From: Octopus sinensis
Lineage: Eukaryota
Length of the DNA stretch: 64,000 bases
Reading direction: 5' to 3'
Assembly (NCBI RefSeq): GCF_006345805.1
Contig: NC_043001.1
Span: 123,504,001 to 123,568,000 of the forward strand
In this document: piece by piece, positions 26,030 to 38,307 of the stretch
How the letters are laid out: the number at the start of each line of letters is the position of its first letter
How positions within the stretch are numbered: the first letter of the stretch is position 1
Program-made: the position numbers and the translations under genes
The notes under the pieces: model-generated
The model's input: only the letters and a program-made list of their open reading frames with translations
Database searches by the model: none
Told to the model about the DNA's origin: nothing

Positions 26030-27050
26030 ATCATTGCGTGGAGTTTCTAATATTCTGTTCGCGAAACGAGTGACACTCCAGCCATCGACGAGCAACATGT
26101 TGGATTTCTGCTTCACAAATACCATCAACCTTATCCATAACGTGAAGGTGACGCCAACAGCATTCTCGGCCCACAGCATGGTACAATTAACAGTCTGTTG
26201 CCCTAAGCGAACTGTTAGCACCTACCATATCAAAAGGTCTCGATCCATATCCTATTTCAATTTCCAAAAGCAAACTAGAAATCAATCAGCAAAGAGATAC
26301 ACAAACAAAACTGGTCAGATAGTCTGTCTATGCAACACATTGACTCAAATCACAGTCAGCCTACGTCGTTAATGCAAGTTAAGTGCAATAAATATGCTCC
26401 AGAAAGAAAGACCAGCACACCAAAAAAAAGATAATAAATTCCCCAAAGACAGGAAAATCCATATGCATCACATATCAAAGGTCTCAAACTGGTTGAATAG
26501 GCAACTGAAAGATGGGGAAAAGTGTAATTTAAGATGGACACGCTTGGAAATTGAAAACAAAACGAAACTCTCCTATGAAAAGGAAAGAAAGGAGAGAGAG
26601 AAAGAGAGAGAGGGGGGGGAGAGTTTCTAAAGGAAACAACCACAGTACATTACAAAATAGGACCGTTTTTCCAAGGGATTGGCTCCCTGATCGTGAACCC
26701 CAAATGAAGTGATGTTCTCAGTGCACAATTGAAAAGTGGCTTCAAACTCCGCCTCCTGGGACACATACATATAAAGAAACCCGGCTGAATTCTTTCACAT
26801 TAAAGCTTTGTAAATGAAGGCGGGAACCATCGATTATATTGATAAAGATGAAATGAGCTTAAGCTCAAGAAGTGGTCCCGATGGTTTCGCAACTATTCTC
26901 CGGAAGTCATGTAAGCAGGCTTTAGCGAAACGACTCCAGATACTTTTCCGGAGCTCCCTTACAAGTGGTAAACTTCCTAAAAAGCTAAGAGAAGGCATTG
27001 TATGCACTATCCATAAAGGTGGGAGCAGAGCAGAGGCAATGGACGACACA
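26030..27050 (+). pseudogene. CR1/L2/Jockey-group LINE ORF2 fragment (APE C-terminus, linker, RT N-terminus)
   Basis: QPSTSNMLDFCFTNTINLIHNVKVTPTAFSAHSMV (APE end, LDxxFTN...SDH); SDVLSAQLKSGF; SGPDGFATILRKSCKQALAKRLQILFRSSLTSGKLPKKLREGIVCTIHKGGSRAEA (RT start). Frameshifted and truncated. Confidence 0.85.
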
Positions 27051-27094
27051 AAAACCAAAAACTACATAGATACACACACACACGCATAAACATA

Positions 27095-27303
27095 TCAGAG
27101 TGTGCTGAAACGTTCCTGGGTTTAAGTGTTTCGCGAAGGACCAGGTTGTTGGGCCAACTTTCCAAGTTCTTTTACAGGGCTTAGAAAAATTGATGGACCG
27201 CTTCAATGTGGGATTATGAAAGCGGTTTATGTTGAATAAAATTATAACTGATCTTCCTGTATTTTCTTTTACTCAAAGCCAGGAACTTTTCAGCAGCCCC
27301 TCG
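27095..27303. mobile_element. Mariner-derived MITE
   Basis: Imperfect TIRs: left GTGCTGAAACGTTCCTGGGTTTAAG, right (reverse-complemented) CGAGGGGCTGCTGAAAAGTTCCTGGCTTTGAG. TA on the left flank. Confidence 0.75.
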
Positions 27304-27410
27304 TGTGTGTGTGTATATATATATATACACACGCACACACACACATAAATATATGTGCCTGCTAGTGTATGTGCGATGGAGTAAAACTGACATAATAGAA
27401 CTGACATAAT

Positions 27411-27811
27411 TTTTTCTACTCTAGGTACAAGGTCGGAAATTTTGGGGGAGGAAGCCAGTCGATTAGATCGACCCCAGTACGCAACTGTTACTTAATTTAT
27501 CGACCCCGAAAGAATGAAAGGTAAAATCGACCTCGGCAGAATTTAAACTCAGAACGTAGCGGCAAAGCGAAATACCTATTTCTTTACTACCCACAACGGG
27601 CTAAACACAGAGAGGACAAACAAGGATAGACAAACGGATTAAGTCGATTATATCGACCGCAGTGCATAAACTGGTACTTATTTAAAAGACTCCGAAAGGA
27701 TGAAAGGCAAAGTCGACCTCGGCGGAATTTGAACTCAGAACGTAGCGGCAGACGAAACACCGCTAAGCATTTTGTCTGGCGTGCTAACGATTCTGCCAAG
27801 CTCGCCGCCTT
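27411..27811 (-). mobile_element. Composite SINE-C (head, body, tail-2, second body, tail-1)
   Basis: 12-bp TSD AACTGACATAAT at 27399-27410 and 27812-27823. Internal junction ...GTAGTAAAGAAATA|GGTATTTCG at 27577/27576. Confidence 0.9.
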
Positions 27812-28122
27812 AACTGACATAATGATAATGTCATAGGTTTGTATCGTGGTTCTTCTTAACGATTCTTGGAGGCTATTGAGCAATAGGGGGAGAAAATAGG
27901 AGAGAGAGAGAAAGAGAGAGAGAGAGAGATGAAAGAGAGAGAGAAAGAGGAGAGAGAGAGAGAGAAAAGGAGAGAAAGAAGAAGAAAAGGAATGAATGCA
28001 ATATACAAGATCTACAACAATTAAAAATGTCAAGAATACAAGGACAAATCAATAGAGCAATATCAGGGATATTTATACACTCTTCACAAAAGGTACCAGC
28101 GTCTCTGCGTATCTGCATGTGT

Positions 28123-28160
<38 letters not shown>

Positions 28161-28589
28161 ATACACATACACACACATACACATATATATACACATACAT
28201 ACATTGTAAAGCTCATTCCCACCGGTTGATATAACAATGATTTTTCCAATTTATGAACTCGATCAAACAATACCACCCAAACCGGTTTGTTGTTGGTGAT
28301 GGTGGAGGTAGTGGTGGTGGACGTCGTAGTGGAGGCGGTGGTGATGTTGATCATGAAGTTGCAGGTGTTGCTGATGCCGACACCGCCGCCATCATCATGT
28401 TTAATTGCCAACTATGTGGAGATTTTCGTTTTTTTTCCCGTTTTCTTTTTGTATAAAATATGAAGCGTACACACACACACACGACATATACAACACATAT
28501 ACACATGCACACACACACACACATATATATATATATAATCATATGCACATAATACATACATACATGTATGTACATCTACAGACACCATC

Positions 28590-28750
28590 TCCTTGTTTCT
28601 CTCCTTGCTTTTTCTGAGTACCTTTCTGTAGAAGAGCGTAGGCTCGAAACGTAAAAGACTTTTTCTATTCCTGAGCGCATACTAATACATCTGTTTGTTT
28701 TGTACCCACCTGCCTTCGTCTTTTGTTTATTTTCGTAAACTTTCCCTTTA
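28590..28750 (+). mobile_element. Short Penelope-like element with variant hammerhead-like core
   Basis: CTTT-CTGTAGA-A-GAGC-GTAG-GCTC-GAAAC-GT-A-AAAG (28622-28657). 57 nt are identical to 38120-38176. Ends in (TA)n. Confidence 0.65.
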
Positions 28751-28790
<40 letters not shown>

Positions 28791-28812
28791 TATATATAAT
28801 ATATATAATATA

Positions 28813-28854
<42 letters not shown>

Positions 28855-28988
28855 AATGAATACTTACGTATATAATCGTAGATATGCATACTTATATGCA
28901 TATACGTACATGTACTAACACATTAAATAAGTCAGAAAAGAAGAGAGAGAGGAGCAGAGTAAATTATAGAAAACAAATGAGATGGGGA

Positions 28989-29066
<78 letters not shown>

Positions 29067-29067
<1 letters not shown>

Positions 29068-31791
29068 TGTTTCTTATTAGCCACACAGGGCTGCACACAG
29101 ATAGAACAATTACAAGGTAGAGCTTTCTTTTGAAGGTATTAAAAAAAAAAAAAAAAAAAAAAAAAGGAAAGGGGAGGTTCGATCAAAAGGGATCGTAAAA
29201 GGAGAGAAAGAGGACAAAAATAAGGGGGGTTTAAAAAAAAAAAAAAAAAAAAAAGGGGGGGAGAGGAAACAAAAATGATCAATAGGGATCGTTATCACAG
29301 AAATGTCAATATGAAGTGTAAAGGGGAGGACAGGTGAGGTTACCCGTGGAAAGAAAAGCCTGCGGAAAAGACCACGGTAACCTCGGTCAATGAAGTCACA
29401 TTTTATATTTTTTTTTTTTTTTTTTTTTGCAAATAAGCAACTCTCTGTTTTCGATTTCTGGGTTCATAGGACTATGCTCAAGGTGGCTTCGTCATTCATA
29501 CGTGCCATTCTTGCTACATTCACCCATTTTTTTAAAAACATTCGCTAGACAAAATTGCCTCTCTACTCTCACTTTCCTTTTCAAGTGGTACTTGAAGAAG
29601 TTGATGAGAGATTGACCAGAGAGGAAAGTGTTGGTCTCCAATCTTTCAGACGCGTCCACCAGATACATTCTTTCGCCATAGCCACAAGGATGATGAAAAT
29701 AGCTCTTCCTTCCCGTTTGAAGGAAGGAGGCGTGACAATATTGACGATAGACTCAGCTGATAAACCGACTCGTCCCACACGTGACAGCAGTTGTTCGACA
29801 TAAGCCCACAGGTCGGAAATTGTTGGACACTGAACGAGTGCGTGCAGAACGGTTTCGTCGCTCTGACCGCATCTCTGGGCAGGTCGGCCCCGTGTTTCTC
29901 GAGCCGTGTCTGTAGAGCTTATCCGACGGGTAGCGCTTCTCGGTAGCACTGCCAGGCCAGGGATCTCTGGAAGTTGTCCATGGGCCCTGGCCCGAAAGTC
30001 GTCCCGAACAGGCGGGTCAGGTACTCCTCGTCGACGTCCAGGTTCGCCCCGAGCTCGTCGTCGTACCTCTCCTCACTAAACCCCTATAGAATGCTTTGGT
30101 TGTGTTGAAGTCACTTAAGGTCGACCCAGGACGGCAGAGTTGCTTGAGAGCAACGCGACACTCGCGGTGCCATTCGCCCTTCCTCGGCCTTTTTGATCCA
30201 CGACTGCAGTTCGGTCATGGAGACGAGCTGCGGGAAAGCGTGCCTCACAAACGGCGACCACACCTGTTCACCGTCGTCTACATAGAGCCAGAGATGTCGC
30301 AGTCTCAGCGCGTGTCTGCGCATCATCAACCACGGCATGCCCAGCCCTCTTTTAACGGGTTGTTGACAGCAATGGATCGCCTGACCATCGGGACGCATCC
30401 TTTCCACAAGAAGCGAAAGAGGATGCGTTGTTAGTTTGGTGATGGTAGGGTCGGGACAAGGTTACGACGGTCAGGCGGTAGTAGATGACGGACGCGATGT
30501 ACGTGTTCGCCACCTCCGCTCGACCTTTTAGGGACAGTTTCCTCTCGGCCCATTGCCGGGCGAGAGTGACCACCCTACTCGTTATCTCGTTCCAGTTCTT
30601 CTCCACTTGGAGGTCCGGACCAAACCAGACCCCGAGCAACTCAACCGGGCCGTCGGTCCAGCGTCCCACGACGGAGGCGCTGGTGGACGGCATGGGCTTG
30701 CTTCTCCAGGTGCCTAGTCGCAAGCCCACTGACTTTTCCCGGTTGATTTTCGCTCCTGTCACCGCTTCGTAGTTTTTCAGTGTCTCGCCGACCAGCTCGA
30801 TGTGCTCGTGGCTAGACACTATGACGGTGACGTCGTCCGCGTATGCAGACACGCTCGTCCCGCATCCCAATTCTCGCGGGATGCCCCTTAGAGTCGCCAG
30901 CTTCCGCAGTAGTGGCTCAAGAGTCAATACGTATAGAAGCGCCGAGAGGGGGCATCCTGACGGACCGAACGTGCAATGTCGAAAGGTCTCGATAGATGTC
31001 CATTTACGCGAATTACCGAACGGATGCCTCTGTACAAGGCGGCAGCTATCCAGCCGCGGAAGACGGGACCGAAACCAGCCGCTCTCAGGACTGCCTCCAA
31101 GTATCGATGGTCTACCCTATCAAAGGCTTTTGATTGATCCAAGTTGATCAGGGCCCCACCCATGCCAGGTTCGTTAACTACCCTGTCTATGATGTAGCGC
31201 ATCAGATGGAGGTTGTCATGGATGGTCCGGCCTGGCACGGCGCATGTTTGCGCCTTGTCGACCAGTTCTCGATGACAAGCGCCAACCTCTTGGCTAGCAC
31301 CTTGGCCAAAATTTTCAAGTCTGCATTAAGCAGAGTGATGGGCCTAAAGTTATCTATTACATTTCCCTTGTTTAGATCTTCCTTCAGCAGTGTTACGGCT
31401 CCTCGGCTCACAAAACCAGGAATGCTCCCGTTTTGCTGCCAGTTGCAGTACACCGCCGCCAAGAGATCTCCAAACAAGTCTGGCATACAATTGTAAAGCT
31501 CGTAGGGTAGACCATCCAAACCCGGTGATTTGTCCCTCGAGCATTCTGCCATCGCTCCCGCACTTCCGCCGCCGTGATGGCACCTTCGCAGCACCTGCCT
31601 TTCTTGTCGAGAGTCGTGGTAGGCTATGTAGGTAGGCACTGAAGTCCACCCTACGTTCTTGCCCTCCACTCGTTCCGAACAGTCGGGCAAAATGCTGCTG
31701 AAAGGCCTCACACATTTTACTTGGCTCGAGCAATTCGCGCCCCTGTTCATCTACCGGGGGCGCGAATTGCTCGAGCCAAGTAAAATGTGTG
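29067..31791 (-). mobile_element. 5'-truncated Tx1/L1-clade non-LTR retrotransposon
   Basis: ORF2 pieces: KSPGLDGLPYELY, NFRPITLLNADLKILAKVLAKRL, NLDQSKAFDRVDH, YADD (30843-30832), KLSLKGRAEVAN, zinc knuckle C-P-R-C..ETVLHALVQC (~29880-29830), stop near 29465. Putative 3' UTR runs to 29067. (AGAT)n on both flanks. Confidence 0.95.
29465..31756 (-). pseudogene. Tx1 ORF2 (RT + zinc knuckle), broken by several frameshifts
   Basis: ORF-track frames 31350-31733, 31202-31750, 30924-31238, 30352-30927, 30111-30407 and 29581-29949 join into one colinear ORF2. Some of the 1-nt indels could be assembly errors. Confidence 0.9.
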
Positions 31792-32474
31792 TAGATAGAT
31801 AGATAGATAGATGGGTGAGACGGAGGGAGTCAGACAAAGAGAGAGGACAGAGTATAGAGAAAGGGAGAGAATAAAGTAATGAAGAGATTTCCAATGAAAT
31901 TTGTGTCCGTTGGTGGCGCTGCTGTTTATGATAATAGTGACTGGTGGCATGTCGATGAAGAAGATAAAGGTGGTGTATGGTGTTGGCGTTAGTTGCATCA
32001 GTGATGATTTTGGCAACGATACTGGCAACGTATGAGCTAATGAAAATAGTGTAGGTGGTAGAAAGACCTGTCGGCATGGCAGAGGAATTCGGTGCAGGGC
32101 GGGAAGGAGGTACGAAATTGTAACTTGCTAAATCTATAACCACCACCGTCCACCCCCCATCACCCCATTCACTACGCCTCTAGAATCAGTTCTGTCTGTA
32201 TTTCCTTCCCGTTGTTAAACACTTGTTTCGCCGAGGAACATTCTATATTGATATCCGCTTATTATTATCGCTAAAGCGCTATGACCTTCTCACTTTCTCT
32301 CTCTCTCTCCCTCTTTCTCTCTCTCCCTCACTCTCCCTAATGCCTCCTCTATCTATGTGGCCTTGGCACTATTTGTCATTTGTCAAATTTCACTCCACCC
32401 TAGGTGCGTTCGTCCTTACATTCGCAATCAGGAATATTGTTGCGAATTTGCACATATGTATATATATATATATT

Positions 32475-32514
<40 letters not shown>

Positions 32515-32639
32515 CTATATATACACGAATGTAAATATAAGCATATATGCATATATGCGTATACACACACACACATACACATACATATATGTATATATAT
32601 ATCTGTATATATATATGTGTATATCTCTATCTATATTCT

Positions 32640-33010
32640 TTTATTCTTTTACTTGTTTCAGTCATTTGATAGTGACCATGCTAGAGCATCGCCTTAAAGG
32701 GTTATAGTCGAAGAAATCGACCCTAGGATAAAATCTTTGTAAGCCTAGTGCTTATTCTATCGCCTTCGTTTGCCGAACTGCTAAGTTACGGGGACACAAA
32801 CACACCACTATCAGTTATCAAGCTATGGCAGGTGACAATCAGAGACACACACACATAAATGTATACACATGTATATACGACAGGCTTCTTTCAGTTTCCT
32901 TCTACCAAACCCACTCACGTGTCATTGGTCGGCCCGAGTGTATATCAAAAGACACTTGCTTAAGGTGCCACGCAGTGGGATTGAACCCGAAACCATATGG
33001 CTGGGAAGCT
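32640..33010 (-). mobile_element. SINE-B, full length
   Basis: Reverse complement of 17445-17845 (TTGTTTCAGTCATTTGA..., GCCGAACTGCTAAGTTACGGGGAC, GGTGCCACGCAGTGGGATTGAACCCG). Confidence 0.9.
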
Positions 33011-33547
33011 AGCTATATTAGTTCATTATGCATTACATATACATATTTATGTACATGAGTTGAATGAATTGTAATTAAATGGCAAACGAATTGACCTTAT
33101 ACCAAAAGTTAATTCTGAAGCATTTACATTGCGATAAAGTCAAGATGGCATCCAATCAATCTAAAGTACACACACACAAGCGCGCACACACACACACATA
33201 CACCTACACCAACACACCACACACACACATACACACAACAGTAAGAAACTTCATAGACCTGCGTAAGATTTACCGGATTTCCTTAGATATACCCTGTATG
33301 ACAAAGCTGACCTTTCGAATTATAGGTATAATCCATTAAAATCTTCTCAGGCCTTATTATTTTTTCATCTACCGAGATATATTTGCTAAACTTGATCACC
33401 CCAGTTATAAAAAAAAACAACAAGAAAACTCAACATGGGATGTATTGGAATCGAACCCGCAATCTTATAATTGTGAAGCGATTTCCTTCACTATTTTATC
33501 CTGTACGTCCATATATACCCAAAACCTGCATATAGAGGAACAGGTGT

Positions 33548-33642
<95 letters not shown>

Positions 33643-33935
33643 TTGGTTAAAGCGTTGGGCTCACAATCATGAGGTACTGAGTTTGATTCCCGGACTGGGC
33701 TATGTGTTGTGTTCTTGAGCAAGACACTTTATTTCACGTTGGCTAGAGAAATGAGTTGCGACGTCAGTGGTGCCAAGCTGTATCAGCTTCATGCTTTTCC
33801 CCTGGGTATCATCAGTGGCGCGGAGAGAGTAGGCTAGTATGCACGGAGAACTGCATACAACCTTTCTTAGACTTGTGCCTCGGAACTTTCTAGGTGCAAT
33901 CCCATGGTCATTCATGACCGAAGGGGGTCTTTACC
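33643..33935 (+). mobile_element. tRNA-derived SINE, A-related head with a different 3' half
   Basis: TTGGTTAAAGCGTTGGGCTCACAATCATGAGG...GAGTTTGATTCCCGG...TTGAGCAAGACACTTTATTTCACGTTG; the body then diverges from SINE-A. Confidence 0.75.
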
Positions 33936-33998
33936 CATGTTTTGAATAGAAATAGCTAGATAGATATATATAGAGACAGATAGATAAATAGATAGATA

Positions 33999-34062
<64 letters not shown>

Positions 34063-35793
34063 GAAGTATTGCATACTATTCACTAGTATCCAGTCTGTAT
34101 TGACTATGAGCGTGTGGGGGTGTTTTGTATGTGCATGTGTGTTTGTGTGTGTGAGTGTGTGTGCGTGCACGTGTGTGCGTGTGTGTGTATGGTGGATTAC
34201 GTGTCTGACTCCATCTGTGCTTTGACGTCGACGCGCTTGAAGAACGATACTCCGTTTTATATGTCTCATAACATAGCGGTTCCACAAATAGAAATCGATA
34301 AGTTCTTGTGTCGATATGGTCGACTAAAACTCTTAAAGGTGGCGCCCCAGCATGGCAGCATTCCACTAACTTAGACATGTGAGAGAATGTAAATGTGTAT
34401 ATGTGTTTATGTGTGTGGCTGTCTGTGTTATATCTACAGGCGTTCAAATGTGCAGATGTGTAAATATACATATGCTTGCGTGTATGAGCAGTGTACGAAT
34501 GTGTCTGAATGTATGAGTGTTCAAATGTACGTCTTCATGTGAGTCTTAGAGTGAGAGAAAACATAGACAGAGAGAAAGGGAGAGAGAGAAAGAAGGAAAG
34601 GCAGAAAGGAAGAGAGAGAAAAAGTGGGAGAGAAAGTGAATGAAAAAGAGAGAGGGTGTATATTATAGTCAGTTTTGTTTGCTCGTACATCATAACACAG
34701 TGTTGCCACTGCGACAAATGTCTTTTCCAGTCAAATGAATATTTTCTGTGAGTAAGAAAAATAAAAGCTACAACAAAATGCAGAACAAAAAAAATGATGA
34801 ACAACTTAAGAGATAAACCATTTACTATAACAGTCAAAAAATCTGCAGAAATAAAAATAAAAGGCGAATGGTTAACATCAGACGAAAAAAAAAAAATTGT
34901 TCTGAAGAAAGAATAATTACAAATGAAATTATCTTTCTATGAACGACGCTAATTAATTAATACATTACTATATTATGACCAGCATTGATAAAAAGTAAAG
35001 GAAACATTGAAATCGAACAAGGACGATCAACGACCAAATCAAAGCTACAACAGAAACCGAAAGCAGAAATCTGATCGTTATTCTTGTTGGCCGTTGCTTG
35101 CTTGCCGACTTTAACTTAGCAACCGTGAACAAGTCGATGCAACAGATCTTCGGCAAGGTCAACTAGAATGAAATCATCAGACGACGGTAGCACTGATTGT
35201 GCCATTCCGATCAGCTGATGTAGAGTCGGTAACAGTTAGACGGACTCGAATAAGTAGTCGCAGTGGTGGTAGTGGTGTTGGCGGTGTTAGGATGAGGGAG
35301 ACAACAGCTATGACTAGTATATGGTCTGATAAATAGAGGCATGACGGGAAGACGTAATTAACTTACATTATGTCATGTTGTGAGGATGGTTATATGTACG
35401 GTAGTCGATGGTTTTAGCGAGTGCAATAGTTTAATGACAGAGGAATCTTCTACTTTTCCAGGGATGACGTCTGCATGAAGATCACATAGTTAAGAATGTC
35501 ATTCCTTCCACTTAGTTAAATATATTACGATAGTTTCTTATTCTAACTCTTTCTTACATTCCTGTTTTTATTTTCTGATTTTTTCTTTCTCTAACTCTCC
35601 GTATATGTATATGCCCATATATCTAACTTATATATTTAGATTTCAATATCCGTTTGAATATCTATACGCATACATAAGCATTCGCCTACATATATCACGT
35701 ATATTTAACACATTTGGGGTGCTAAAACGCTAGCTATTTTGGACATTACTGCATGAGAATTTTTAAATAATATACCTATGTATGTACGCACAC

Positions 35794-35845
<52 letters not shown>

Positions 35846-36604
35846 ACACACACACGTAATACATCTGGCACACGGTGACATACTAAATAACAGGAAAGCA
35901 CGCACAATAGACGCGGAGAAGGTCAATCTCATCATATGTTATGAACCTGATGTCACCAAAATTTCGACACGCATACATATATACATAATATTTGATAACA
36001 TAAAATATCATGTATATGTATTTGTAAACATATCTATCTGTCTGTCTGTATATATATTCTTTACATCGTAAGAATTTTTTTAGTTTAACTTTGGATAGAT
36101 ATGAAATCGTTTGTAGAGTGGAACAAAGGGTTAAAAACTCCTTGAATCGAATAAATATACATCTTGCACACACACACACAAATACACACACACACACACA
36201 TACATACACGCAGACATTCAAATACGCACGCACACATTTATTAATATATATATATCTACTGCATTTTTTTTCTTTTTCAGTATCCAAATTTCAAGACAAT
36301 TCATTTTATCATTAAATATTTAGTCATGACGTGATGATAAATTATATTTTGAAGAAATTCTCTTTTAAGTCCGTTTTAAAAACAAAAGCTGTTTGAACAT
36401 CAACTTTGAGTGACATAGCATAATGGCGTTTTGTATGTAGAAATCGCATACATTTTACCCGACGTCAAATTTGGCTTGTTAATGTAAGTAATGTTTTTGG
36501 TTAAACTATGAGTTAAATTATTTTAAATAGATAATGAATGTTTTTGTATGCAGTTGATGCTCTCTCCCTCTCTCTCTCTCTGTCTCTCTCACGCTCTCTC
36601 TCTA

Positions 36605-36677
<73 letters not shown>

Positions 36678-36682
36678 GTCTG

Positions 36683-36745
<63 letters not shown>

Positions 36746-36803
36746 ACCTACCTGCCTACCTACCTACCTACCTACCTACCTACCTATCTATCTATCTATC
36801 TAC

Positions 36804-36836
<33 letters not shown>

Positions 36837-36880
36837 AATCAATCTATCTATCTATCTATCTATCTATCTAATTATCTATC
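36605..36880. repeat. (ATCT)n/(ACCT)n microsatellite
   Basis: Direct inspection. Confidence 0.95.
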
Positions 36881-37748
36881 TCCCTATCTATCTAACAACC
36901 TATATCTTTATCTATCTCCCGTACTATCTGTTTGTTTATGTGCCTGTCTGTACGACTGACTATCTAGCTGTCTGTCTGCCTGTATATCTGTATGTATATT
37001 TCTATCTCTATCTATATGTGCATATCCAAATTAATACATTGAATCATAGTGTGAGGAGAAAATGAAGCAACACCGATGACTTTCGCAGCCTCTCCTCAAT
37101 ATATGTCAAATGAATGCAATTGCGGCTTAATTGGAGAATCTGGTATTTATAAAGTCTTGGGCAGGAATGAAACTAAAGAAGGAAAACGTTCTGTAGAAGA
37201 AAGCTTGGTTATAGTGCTCAACGAACGGTGGAGGCTGGAGATAATATGGCGAATAACAGTAGGAGCCTAATGTAACATGTCAACATGGGTGGAAATATTA
37301 TGCAGTTACGAATATTGAGCGGAGCATGAGGTGTTGCCGTGTGACAGAAAGCGTGAGAATGACGAGACTAAGTGTTGGCCATATCGAATCTCTACCTCTC
37401 AGTGAGACGGTTTTCTAATGCGTTTGATCAGTGAGACGCTCGTGAGCAAAGACACTGTGCTTCAAAGGAATGCAATATAGAATAAAGAAAATTCCAGTGT
37501 GTAAATACACAGAGGATGTATAGCTAAGTGCCTTTCTTTGCTTGGTATAAACAAAACATAAACGCCTTATCCATTTGATCACCAAAATGCCGTAAGTTGT
37601 AGATAGTACTTCTTAATATGCAAATATTCTAGCTTGTCTGTGACATAAGTTCATTCAAATATGAAACTTGTGCCGCTGCTAAGATTTCAACACTAAATAC
37701 GTACATACATAAATGCACACACACACACACGTAAACATGCACACACAC

Positions 37749-37809
<61 letters not shown>

Positions 37810-37815
<6 letters not shown>

Positions 37816-38030
37816 ATATGTTTGTGTGTCTGTGTTTGTCCCCCCCTCATCGCTTGACAACCGATGCTGGTGTGTTTACGTCCCCGTCACTTAGCGGTTC
37901 GGCAAAAAGAGACCGATAGAATAAGTACTGGGCTTACAAAGAATAAGTCCCGGGGTCGATTTGCTCGACTAAAGGTGGTGCTCCAGCATGGCCGCAGTCA
38001 AATGACTGAAAGAGTAAAGAGTAAAGAGTA
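37810..38030 (+). mobile_element. SINE-B, 3' half
   Basis: CGCTTGACAACCGATGCTGGTGTGTTTACGTCCCCG...CAGCATGGCCGCAGTCAAATGACTGAAA followed by (GAGTAAA)n. Confidence 0.9.
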
Positions 38031-38049
38031 TGTAGATCGTTAGCCACTA

Positions 38050-38228
38050 CACACATTTTTCTCTCCTTTTTTCCTTCCTTTTTTCTCTCCTTTTTTTCTC
38101 TCCTTGTTTTTTCTGTGTTCCTTTCTGTAGAAGAGCGTAGGCTCGAAACGTAAAAGACTTTTTCTATTCCTGAGCGTTATACTAATACATCTGTTTGTTT
38201 TGTACACCACTTGTCTTCGCCTTTTGTT
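38050..38228 (+). mobile_element. Second copy of the 28.6-kb Penelope-like element
   Basis: Same CTGTAGAAGAGCGTAGGCTCGAAACGTAAAAG core (38125-38156). Ends in (TA)n. A third fragment lies in reverse orientation at ~10955-11000. Confidence 0.65.
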
Positions 38229-38246
38229 TCTTTCGTAAACTCTCCC

Positions 38247-38307
<61 letters not shown>

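Noticed and set aside
34968-35162. 64-aa minus ORF with a TM-like segment in a CpG-richer block
   Set aside because: No homology cue; it could be UTR or promoter sequence but cannot be supported.
36420-36482. Plus candidate exon HNGVLYVEIAYILPDVKFGLL with a GTAAGT donor
   Set aside because: Weak acceptor and no recognisable family.
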